Origin: Minisyncoccia bacterium
Lineage (GTDB): Bacteria > Patescibacteriota > Minisyncoccia > Phycocordibacterales > JAKFXT01
Assembly (NCBI GenBank): GCA_041485465.1
Contig: JBGPJO010000002.1
Location: 6,629 to 70,628 of the forward strand
Length of the DNA: 64,000 nucleotides
Direction: 5' to 3'
This document shows, one piece after another, positions 56,269 to 64,000 of the stretch. The first letter of the stretch is position 1. Every line of letters starts with the position of its first letter. The translations under genes and the position numbers were made by a program. The notes under the pieces were generated by a model, which saw only the letters and a program-made list of their open reading frames with translations, was not told the DNA's origin and did no database searches.

Positions 56269-57132
56269 ATGGATGAAAAAGAGAGGCGTATTCTAGAAAT
56301 TGAAACGGAAATAAACACTCCCTCTTTTTGGGAAAATAAAGAACGTGCTCAGACACTCCTCCGCGAGCTTAAAGATCTCAAAGAAAAAGAGCCTGAAGGC
56401 TATGATGAAAAAAGCGCGGTTTTGACGGTCTTTGCGGGAGCAGGGGGCGATGACGCCGAGGATTTTGCCCGGATGCTTAAAGACATGTATCTTAAATTTT
56501 TTGAAAAACAAGGCTTTAGTGTCCGGGTTCTTCATAAAAACGAGAATGATCACGGCGGATTCAGGAACATCACCGTTGAAATAGACGGCAAGGGGGCCTA
56601 CGGGCTCCTCAAAAGAGAGTCGGGAGTACACCGTCTTGTCCGGATTTCTCCCTTTAGTGCAAAAAAATTACGCCATACCTCGTTTGCCATGGTCGAATTC
56701 ATCCCGAAGTTCGAAAAAGTGGGAAATGAGGATATACCGGAAGACGAAATTAGTGTAGAATTTGCTCGTTCAAGCGGTCCCGGCGGCCAGAACGTCAACA
56801 AAAGGGAAACGGCGGTCCGCATTGTCCACGTGCCAACCAAACTTTCCGTTCACGTCGAATCAGAACGCTCTCAAGCCCAGAATAAAGAAAAAGCACTTGC
56901 TCTCCTTAAGGGGAAACTGTGGAAATTGCGCGAGGAAGAGCGGCATGAGAGAGAAAAAGGCATGTACATTTCAAAAACGACGGAGGCAAAATGGGGCAAC
57001 CAGATCCGCTCCTACGTTCTTCACCCCTACAAACTGGTGAAAGACCACCGAACCAATACGGAAATCCACGACATCGATAAAATTCTTGCCGGCAATATCG
57101 AAGAATTTATAGAAGCCGAAAAGAATTTATAA
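56269..57132 (+). CDS. prfB: Peptide chain release factor 2, short form without frameshift
   Basis: ESGVHRLVRISPF, GPGGQNVNK, WGNQIRSYVLHPY. Confidence 0.93.
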   Translation: MDEKERRILEIETEINTPSFWENKERAQTLLRELKDLKEKEPEGYDEKSAVLTVFAGAGGDDAEDFARMLKDMYLKFFEKQGFSVRVLHKNENDHGGFRNITVEIDGKGAYGLLKRESGVHRLVRISPFSAKKLRHTSFAMVEFIPKFEKVGNEDIPEDEISVEFARSSGPGGQNVNKRETAVRIVHVPTKLSVHVESERSQAQNKEKALALLKGKLWKLREEERHEREKGMYISKTTEAKWGNQIRSYVLHPYKLVKDHRTNTEIHDIDKILAGNIEEFIEAEKNL

Positions 57133-57148
57133 GTTACAATAAATTATC

Positions 57149-57346
57149 ATGGGGCATCATCTGACAGTTCGAGGAACATTTAAAAGCGATAAGTACGATT
57201 GGTGCAAGGAAGGATTTTTCGCTCTGAAGTTTACCGATCGTGCCGCGCAAGAAGCGATTCTCACATACGCTAAACTGACCACAGATAAAGAACTGGCGGA
57301 TGATTTGAGAGTTGTCGTTCAAAACATGCGGGAGAGTAAGCAATGA
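57149..57346 (+). CDS. Hypothetical protein (65 aa)
   Basis: Fills the prfB-ftsE gap; ATGA overlap with ftsE. Confidence 0.65.
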   Translation: MGHHLTVRGTFKSDKYDWCKEGFFALKFTDRAAQEAILTYAKLTTDKELADDLRVVVQNMRESKQ

Positions 57347-58017
57347 TTTATTTCGACAATGTTTCAAAAGAATATCCGACTTCCGGTTTTGTTCTCTCCG
57401 ACATCATTCTTAACATCAACCCGAAAGAGTTTATCTCAATCGTCGGTCCATCGGGCGCTGGCAAGACAACCCTCTTGAAGCTTCTACTTGCCGAAGAGCG
57501 GCCGACCTCCGGCCAGGTTTTTTTTGAGTCAATGAACGTTCACTTGCTTAAAAATGAAGAAGTGAACAATTACCGCCGCAGAATCGGTACGGTTTTTCAG
57601 GATTTTAGACTGCTTCACGATAAGACCGCTTACGAAAATATCGCCTTTGCGATGGAAGCGGCGGGGCGGAGCGATGAAGAAATAGCGGCTGATGTGCCGC
57701 ACGTTCTTGAGCTCGTCGATCTTGGCAATAAAATGTGGAATTTCCCCAGCCAACTCTCCGGTGGCGAGAAACAGCGAGTCGCAATTGCACGGGCAATCAT
57801 CAATCAGCCGGATGTCATTATCGCAGATGAGCCGACGGGAAACTTGGACCCAGTTAATACGAATGATGTTGTCCAGATTTTGAAAAAAGTGAATGATCTC
57901 GGCACGACCGTTATCCTCACCACCCATAATAAAAACGTTGTAGATTCGCTGAAGAAGCGGGTCATCACCCTTGACCAAGGGCGGATTGTGAGGGACGACA
58001 CGAAAGGCACATATTAG
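57343..58017 (+). CDS. ftsE: Cell division ATP-binding protein FtsE
   Basis: GPSGAGKT, VFQDFRLL, LSGGE, ADEPTGNLDP. Confidence 0.94.
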   Translation: MIYFDNVSKEYPTSGFVLSDIILNINPKEFISIVGPSGAGKTTLLKLLLAEERPTSGQVFFESMNVHLLKNEEVNNYRRRIGTVFQDFRLLHDKTAYENIAFAMEAAGRSDEEIAADVPHVLELVDLGNKMWNFPSQLSGGEKQRVAIARAIINQPDVIIADEPTGNLDPVNTNDVVQILKKVNDLGTTVILTTHNKNVVDSLKKRVITLDQGRIVRDDTKGTY

Positions 58018-58046
58018 CCTCCGCCTTGCTCTGGTAAAATACCTAT

Positions 58047-58973
58047 ATGCTTTTAAGCAAGATGAAACGAATACTGCGCTCGGGTTTTGTTTCTTTTTGG
58101 AGAAACAGTTTCGTCTCGCTTGCTTCCGCCCTGATCATGACTGTGACTCTTTCCGTCATCGGCATTTTGGTTTTTGCGAATGCGGTGTTGAACACTTCGC
58201 TTGTTTCTCTTCGCGACAAGGTCGACATCAATATTTATTTCGTGACCGGAGCTGATGAAGGTAGCATTCTCTCGCTTAAAAAAGACGTTGAGGCGCTTCC
58301 TGAAGTGGCGAGCGTTCAATATGTTTCGCGGGATCAGGCACTTGCCGATTTCAAGACGCGCCATGAGAACGATCAACTGACACTCCAGGCGCTTGATGAA
58401 TTGGGGGACAATCCACTTGGCGCGATGCTCAATATCAAAGCGAAAGAAACATCTCAGTATGAAAGCATCGCAAAATTTCTTGAGAGCAAAAATGCGCTTT
58501 CAAAAGGTGGAACACAAATCATCGACAAGGTGAACTACTATCAAAATAAAACAGCAATCGACAAGCTAAGCGCGATCACTTCTTCCGCCCGCTCACTTGG
58601 TCTCGCGCTCGTCTTTGTCTTTTCTTTCATTTCAATCATGATCACCTTCAATACGATTCGTCTTGTGATCTACAACTCACGCGATGAAATCTCAGTGATG
58701 CGCCTGGTCGGCGCATCAACGCGCTACATTCGCGGACCTTTTGTTGTTTCGGGGATAATGTACGGAGTGATCGCGGGAGTACTCACCTTGCTACTCTTTT
58801 ACCCTTTTCTTTTGTGGCTCAATCCGAAATTACTCAGTTTCTTCTCCGGTTTCAGCTTGCTTTCCTACTACGGACATAATTTCATTCAAATTTTTGTGAT
58901 TATCGTCGGCACGGGGATAATTCTCGGCGCGATTTCGAGCTATATGGCGGTACGGCGGTATTTGAAAATTTAA
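58047..58973 (+). CDS. ftsX: Cell division permease FtsX
   Basis: NPL, NTIRL...EI.VMRLVGA...IRGPF. Confidence 0.94.
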   Translation: MLLSKMKRILRSGFVSFWRNSFVSLASALIMTVTLSVIGILVFANAVLNTSLVSLRDKVDINIYFVTGADEGSILSLKKDVEALPEVASVQYVSRDQALADFKTRHENDQLTLQALDELGDNPLGAMLNIKAKETSQYESIAKFLESKNALSKGGTQIIDKVNYYQNKTAIDKLSAITSSARSLGLALVFVFSFISIMITFNTIRLVIYNSRDEISVMRLVGASTRYIRGPFVVSGIMYGVIAGVLTLLLFYPFLLWLNPKLLSFFSGFSLLSYYGHNFIQIFVIIVGTGIILGAISSYMAVRRYLKI

Positions 58974-58976
58974 GAA

Positions 58977-60629
58977 ATGAAAAAAGGGAATCATAAATAT
59001 GTGTTCGTGATTGGCGGCGTGATGTCGGGTGTCGGCAAGGGAGTTGCCACCTCGTCAATCGGCAAGATTCTCCAGGCCAAAGGCTTCAGAGTAAACCCGA
59101 TCAAAGTCGATCCGTACCTGAACGTCGACGCAGGCACTATGAACCCCACCGAACACGGTGAGGTTTTCGTTTTAAAGAGCGGGCTTGAGACTGATCAGGA
59201 CATGGGTAACTATGAGCGCTTTCTCGGAATTGAACTTCGCGAGGAAAACTACATGACAAGCGGCATGATTTACAAGGGGGTACTTGAGCGGGAGAGGAAT
59301 CTCGGTTACAAAGGCAAGTGCGTTGAGGCGATTCCGCATATTCGGGATGAAATCATCCGCAGGATTGAGCTCTCCGCTGACGTTAATGGATCAACGGTGA
59401 GCGTCATCGAAATCGGTGGCACCGTTGGCGATTATCAAAATATTCTTTTTATTGACGCCGCCCGGGTGATGAAGCTGAAGAATCCCGATGATGTAATTTT
59501 TGTATTGGTCACCTATCTTCCGATACCGAACAAGATCGGTGAAATGAAAACCAAGCCGTCGCAAAACGCGGTGCGGCAGTTAAACTCCTACGGTGTCCAG
59601 CCGGATATCATTATCGCCCGGGCAGAAGTGTCACTTGATCGGAAGCGTAAGGAAAAAATCGCGATGTCCTGCTCGGTGCAGCCGGAAAATGTCATTTCCG
59701 CGCCTGACATCGACTCGATTTACGAAGTGCCGCTTAATTTCGAAAAGGACAAGCTCGGAGAAAAAATCGTCAAACTCTTTAAAGAGAAAGACAGATCGTC
59801 TTTACGGGAGATGGGAAAGTGGCAGGCGTTTATAAAAAAAATTACGAAGGCGAAAAGCGAAATCAATATCGCCATTGTCGGAAAATATTTCGACACGGGG
59901 GATTTTATGCTCTCGGACGCATATATTTCGGTGATCGAAGCGCTTAAATTTTCCGCTTATCATCTCGGTAGACGTCCGAAGCTTACTTGGCTTAATTCGA
60001 AAGATTTCGAAATCGGAAAAACGCGCGTAGCGGATTTAAAAAAGTATGATGGCATTATTGTCCCCGGCGGCTTTGGGGATACTGGCATTGAAGGAAAAAT
60101 AAAAGTTATCCGCTACGCGCGGGAGAACAAGATTCCGTACCTCGGGCTTTGTTATGGCATGCAGCTTGCCACCGTTGAATTTGCACGGAACGTCGCGGGA
60201 CTCAAGGGCGCGAACACGACGGAAATAAATCCGGAAACGAAATACCCAATTATCGACATCATGCCGGATCAGAAAGAAAAGCTTGCGCGGAAAGATTACG
60301 GCGGTTCGATGCGGCTCGGAAGCTACTTGGCGGTTCTAAAGAGGGGGACTGTCGCGCGTGACGCCTATGGCAAGGAGTTGATAGAAGAGCGCCACCGGCA
60401 CCGCTTCGAGGTAAACCCCGAATACATCGAGAAAATAGAGAAGCACGGTATGGTATTTTCCGGAAAATCTCCCGATGGGAGGTTGATGGAGATTGCGGAA
60501 TTGCCGCGGAGAATGCACCCGTTTTTCCTTGGTACGCAATTTCACCCGGAATTCAAAGCCCACCCACTCTCCCCCCATCCATTGTTTACGGAGTTTCTGA
60601 AAGCCGCAATCAAGCGGAAGAAAAAATAA
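58977..60629 (+). CDS. pyrG: CTP synthase
   Basis: GGVMSGVGKG, DPYLNVDAGTM, GLCYGMQ, QFHPE. Confidence 0.99.
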   Translation: MKKGNHKYVFVIGGVMSGVGKGVATSSIGKILQAKGFRVNPIKVDPYLNVDAGTMNPTEHGEVFVLKSGLETDQDMGNYERFLGIELREENYMTSGMIYKGVLERERNLGYKGKCVEAIPHIRDEIIRRIELSADVNGSTVSVIEIGGTVGDYQNILFIDAARVMKLKNPDDVIFVLVTYLPIPNKIGEMKTKPSQNAVRQLNSYGVQPDIIIARAEVSLDRKRKEKIAMSCSVQPENVISAPDIDSIYEVPLNFEKDKLGEKIVKLFKEKDRSSLREMGKWQAFIKKITKAKSEINIAIVGKYFDTGDFMLSDAYISVIEALKFSAYHLGRRPKLTWLNSKDFEIGKTRVADLKKYDGIIVPGGFGDTGIEGKIKVIRYARENKIPYLGLCYGMQLATVEFARNVAGLKGANTTEINPETKYPIIDIMPDQKEKLARKDYGGSMRLGSYLAVLKRGTVARDAYGKELIEERHRHRFEVNPEYIEKIEKHGMVFSGKSPDGRLMEIAELPRRMHPFFLGTQFHPEFKAHPLSPHPLFTEFLKAAIKRKKK

Positions 60630-60639
60630 ATAAAATACC

Positions 60640-60912
60640 GTGGCCATAATTGAAAAGAAAATCTGGCCGGAGAATTTCAAAAAGGTGCTTTCCGGAGAAA
60701 AGACCTATGAGCCGCGCCTTTCTGATTTTGCGATACAAGAAGGCGATGAACTGCTTCTGCGCGAGTGGAATCCGGGGGCAGGCAAATACACCGGCCGAAG
60801 TATCAGGAAGAGAGTGAAAGACATCCTCAAACTTTCGCCCTCCGAAATGAGAAAATATTGGTCGCAGGATGAAATCGAAAAGCACGGCATTCAAGTCATC
60901 CGATTTGAATAA
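60640..60912 (+). CDS. ASCH/DUF3850-type protein
   Basis: KIWPE.F..V.SG.KTYE.R, GD.L.LREW, YTGR. Confidence 0.85.
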   Translation: MAIIEKKIWPENFKKVLSGEKTYEPRLSDFAIQEGDELLLREWNPGAGKYTGRSIRKRVKDILKLSPSEMRKYWSQDEIEKHGIQVIRFE

Positions 60913-60969
60913 GGCGGGGTTTAAATAAAAATTCCCAACAAAGCGCTTTTGTGTTACAAATTCTGGTAT

Positions 60970-61040
60970 TGCGGGATCGTCTAACGGTAGGACAACAGAC
61001 TCTGGATCTGTTTATCTAGGTTCGAATCCTAGTCCCGCAG
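60970..61040 (+). tRNA. tRNA-Gln(CUG)
   Basis: TGCGGGA/TCCCGCA-G; ACAGA-CTCTGGA-TCTGT. Confidence 0.93.
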
Positions 61041-61135
61041 CCCTTCTTCACTTCGTTCATCAGGGCCTTCGGCACTGATACAAAAAGAGCGAAGAAGGCT
61101 CTGAGAAGTTTTACTTCGAAGAGCATTGATTCAAC

Positions 61136-61381
61136 ATGTCTTATTTCGTCTACGTCCTAGAGTGTGCCGACAAATCTTTTTATGTCGGATGCACCAATAA
61201 CTTAAAGAGACGACTAGAGCAACATAACGACTCCAAATGGGGAGCACACTACACTAAAATCTGCCGACCAGTGATGTTAAAATATTCTGAAACATTCTCA
61301 ACTCTGAAAAAAGCTCGAAGACGAGAAGCTGAAATTAAGAGATGGCGACGAGAAAAGAAATTAAAGTTAATAAACAGCTAG
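61136..61381 (+). CDS. Small GIY-YIG nuclease
   Basis: FVYVLEC, FYVGCT, RRLEQHN, RE..IK. Confidence 0.92.
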   Translation: MSYFVYVLECADKSFYVGCTNNLKRRLEQHNDSKWGAHYTKICRPVMLKYSETFSTLKKARRREAEIKRWRREKKLKLINS

Positions 61382-61426
61382 CCGGTTTGAGACAGGTTCG
61401 GAGTCCAGGGTGTATAATCATTAAAT

Positions 61427-61882
61427 ATGGTAAAAGTAATTGGGATAGATCATTTGGTGGTTGGAGTTAGTAACATCAAACGCTCGAAGGAGTTTTATAG
61501 GAGGGTACTTGGTTTTTTGGGTTTCAAAATGACGGATGATTATGGGGCGGCGGTCGGTTTTAAATACGACAAGAACGGCCTCAAGACACGTTTTTGGATA
61601 ACCTTAGCTGATAAAGTGGGTCGCAAGCACAAGCACCGCAAGGGGGAGGTGGGATTTCATCACTACGCGTTCGAGCTTGGTTCGCGGAAAGACGTCGATG
61701 AACTTTATACTAAGGTACTGAAGCCTAATAAAGTAAAAATAATCGACAGGCCGCAGGATTTTCCGCAATATGGCAAAGGCTACTACTTCGTGAGCTTTAT
61801 TGACCCGGACAATATCAAACTCGAGGCGATGGTCTTTCGTCCCGACCAGGTTCCGAAGGAAAAAAGAAGAAATAAGAACTAG
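61427..61882 (+). CDS. VOC/glyoxalase family protein
   Basis: IDHL, FY..VLG, HHYAF, DPDNIKLE. Confidence 0.92.
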   Translation: MVKVIGIDHLVVGVSNIKRSKEFYRRVLGFLGFKMTDDYGAAVGFKYDKNGLKTRFWITLADKVGRKHKHRKGEVGFHHYAFELGSRKDVDELYTKVLKPNKVKIIDRPQDFPQYGKGYYFVSFIDPDNIKLEAMVFRPDQVPKEKRRNKN

Positions 61883-61904
61883 TTTGGCTGGCTTTTAATT
61901 CCAC

Positions 61905-62897
61905 GTGAAAAATTATTTAGATAAAAATTCTTCGCTTCTGATACTTTTCGGTTTCGTAGTAATTTTTTTCGTTGGTTTTGGTATCGGACGAATTACCGAG
62001 CAACCGGTAACGGTAACTAATAACAAAGTTCTGCGCGAGGATGGGTATACTTACATCTCCCCGGTCCTTCTTTGTAATATAAACGATCCGAGTGAAGCGA
62101 ACAGAGACGCTGTGCTTCAAAGTCAGATTCAAACGTATCTTGATGGGGCATCCGAGAAGGATGTGTCGGTTTTCTATCTCGATTTTCACAACGGGAAATG
62201 GATGGGCATTAGTGAAAACGAAAATTTTTCTCCGGCAAGTATGCTCAAAGTGCCGACCATGGTTGCAATTTACCACTATGCAGATTCTCACCCGGGGTTT
62301 CTTAACAAAGAGATCTATTATGATGGCAGTTTCGACGACAACAAGGCCGAATATTTTAAATCAGGGAAGGCTATCAAACCAGGCCAGTCATATACACTTG
62401 ATACGCTTATCGATTATATGATCAACTATTCGGACAACAATGCCACTCGTCTCCTCGACACTACAATTCCTGCCAAAGATATCGACGACGTCTACAATGA
62501 TCTGCGCATTCAGCTTCCTTCCGGTCCGGCTATTGATTTTATGTCGACCAAGACCTACGCACTCTTTCTCCGATTACTTTACAATAGCACCTATTTGACG
62601 CGCGAGATGTCAGAAAAAGCCTTAAAGGTAATGGTTGGGCCGGATTTTCCAGAAGGATTAGTGGGTGGGGTGCCGTCTTCTGTTGAAGTGGCGCAGAAAT
62701 TCGGCGAACGTGAGATCCTCGCGCCCGACGGGACCATTCAATCGCACGAAGTACATGATTGCGGTATCGTGTATGGTCCTTCAAACAACACCTACATACT
62801 CTGTGTGATGACGCGCGGCAAAAATTTTGATGTTCTTGCTTCAGAAATCAAAACTATCTCCAAAATTACATACGACAAACTCGCCCTCCCAAATTAG
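61905..62897 (+). CDS. Membrane-anchored class A beta-lactamase-related serine hydrolase
   Basis: PASMLK, YSDN, QKFG, HDCGIVY. Confidence 0.85.
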   Translation: MKNYLDKNSSLLILFGFVVIFFVGFGIGRITEQPVTVTNNKVLREDGYTYISPVLLCNINDPSEANRDAVLQSQIQTYLDGASEKDVSVFYLDFHNGKWMGISENENFSPASMLKVPTMVAIYHYADSHPGFLNKEIYYDGSFDDNKAEYFKSGKAIKPGQSYTLDTLIDYMINYSDNNATRLLDTTIPAKDIDDVYNDLRIQLPSGPAIDFMSTKTYALFLRLLYNSTYLTREMSEKALKVMVGPDFPEGLVGGVPSSVEVAQKFGEREILAPDGTIQSHEVHDCGIVYGPSNNTYILCVMTRGKNFDVLASEIKTISKITYDKLALPN

Positions 62898-62925
62898 AGA
62901 TCAGTGCTTGCCCGGAAGGTATTAA

Positions 62926-62954
62926 TTGACAAAATTATACTTTTGGGATATACT
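62926..62954 (+). promoter_or_regulatory. Sigma70-type promoter for the helicase
   Basis: TTGACA-17-TATACT. Confidence 0.75.
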
Positions 62955-63126
62955 AACATTATAACTGAATCTCATCGGTTTTTTGTTTTTAAGGAGGGAG
63001 TTTCCTAAAAATATTAAAGTAAAAAGCCCTTAGTGGGGCTTTATCTAAGACCTCTCGAGACAACCTAGTCAGTATATTTATTCTAAAGACTAGAGGTTAT
63101 GGGGCGAAAGCCCGTTAGATAAAGCT

Positions 63127-64000
63127 ATGCATAATAGAAGCTTCAATAGGAATGGAGGAGTGAGAAAATCACCCTCTACATTCCAGAATCAGACTAAGAA
63201 CTCGCCATTTCAAAAGCGAGCCTCTTCGCATTTCAATCGGGGCGGAGGAGGCCAGAGAGGCAGGGTGAGGCAGCACGGAGAAAAAATCGATTACGCCAGA
63301 TTTATCAACAAGGCGCTTGAAGGCGGGGAGGCGCTACAGGCATCTCCCATTAACAGGTTTGAGGATTTTAAAATCGATGAGCAATTAAAAAGAGCCATAG
63401 CTCTGCGTGGCTACGGTACGCCGACTCCCATCCAAGACCAGGCCATCCCGCACGTTCTTCAGGGCATCGATATTTTGGGTCTTGCCAACACCGGCACGGG
63501 AAAAACTGGCGCATTTCTCATTCCACTCATCAACAAAGTGCTGTTGAACCGCACGGAACGCATTTTAATTATGGCACCAACAAGAGAGCTTGCCATTCAG
63601 ATTAATGAAGATCTGAGAGGGTTCACTGTTAAGATGCATCTCAAGGAGAAAATCTTTTCTGTCTGCTGTGTCGGTGGTATGAACATTGGACGGCAGATTT
63701 CTGAGTTGCGGTATGCTAATAACTTTATTATTGGCACGCCGGGGAGGCTTAAAGATTTGATTGAGCGCAGAATGATAAATCTTTCTCTTTTTAATACCGT
63801 TGTGCTTGATGAGGCTGACCGGATGCTTGACATGGGTTTTGTGAACGATATGCGGTTTCTCATAGCGAAGATGCCGAAGAAACGCCAGACACTTTTCTTT
63901 TCAGCTACGGTTTCTTCTGAAATTGAAAAACTTATCAAAGAGTTTCTTACTAATCCAGTGAGGATTTCCGTTAAAACGAGAGATACGTCAAAGAATGTTG
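63127..64000 (+). CDS. DEAD-box RNA helicase, runs off the window end
   Basis: Hand translation from ATG 63127: PTPIQDQAIP, ANTGTGKT, APTRELA, GTPGRL, LDEADRMLDMGF, FSAT. Confidence 0.95.
   Translation, partial: MHNRSFNRNGGVRKSPSTFQNQTKNSPFQKRASSHFNRGGGGQRGRVRQHGEKIDYARFINKALEGGEALQASPINRFEDFKIDEQLKRAIALRGYGTPTPIQDQAIPHVLQGIDILGLANTGTGKTGAFLIPLINKVLLNRTERILIMAPTRELAIQINEDLRGFTVKMHLKEKIFSVCCVGGMNIGRQISELRYANNFIIGTPGRLKDLIERRMINLSLFNTVVLDEADRMLDMGFVNDMRFLIAKMPKKRQTLFFSATVSSEIEKLIKEFLTNPVRISVKTRDTSKNV

Noticed and set aside
56269-57132. UGA recoding (genetic code 25)
   Set aside because: RF2 with SPF is present, conserved genes have no internal TGA, and pilB and yciB end in TGA.
61905-62897. 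True beta-lactamase resistance gene
   Set aside because: SxxK and SDN are present, but KTG reads KFG and no Glu166 omega-loop motif is evident; kept as a related serine hydrolase.
63597-63938. Minus-strand 113-aa ORF
   Set aside because: Antisense to the DEAD-box helicase, which the ORF track missed because it has no stop in the window.
1-64000. CRISPR array, rRNA genes, IS elements, introns inside tRNA genes
   Set aside because: No regularly spaced repeats, cas, rRNA or transposase signatures seen; all eight tRNAs fold uninterrupted.

Overview
Chromosomal window from a reduced-genome bacterium, most likely Patescibacteria/CPR of Parcubacteria type. This assignment is inferred from the absence of rpmD/L30 between rpsE and rplO, a tRNA-Ile(UAU), a long tmRNA tag, a complete type IV pilus locus, and the standard genetic code (RF2 present). 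In order, the window holds: tuf plus the S10-spc ribosomal protein cluster to secY-adk-map, broken by internal terminators/promoters and a two-gene insertion between rplB and rpsS; ndk; a 6S-like ncRNA candidate; infC-rpmI-rplT; smpB-ssrA; ftsH; pyrC; recG; a pyrD-like gene; an AT-rich integrase-less island at tRNA-Ser; a pilM-N-O-(P)-B-RR-T-C plus pilin/pilD cluster; ligA; gatCA; a five-tRNA cluster; a short prfB; ftsEX; pyrG; and a 3'-truncated DEAD-box helicase. The island carries an HTH-fused restriction nuclease, a C5 methyltransferase, LexA, a small basic protein, a ClpP-like protein and nuclease remnants. Best leads: (1) the LexA/RM/ClpP-like island; (2) the 6S-like RNA; (3) self-contained Shine-Dalgarno-led orphan cassettes among SD-less, often leaderless core genes; (4) a tRNA-3'-end copy with a structured T-loop insertion; (5) an SH3-TM-HEPN-like membrane protein. 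All calls come from reading the sequence by eye; no database search or folding program was run.
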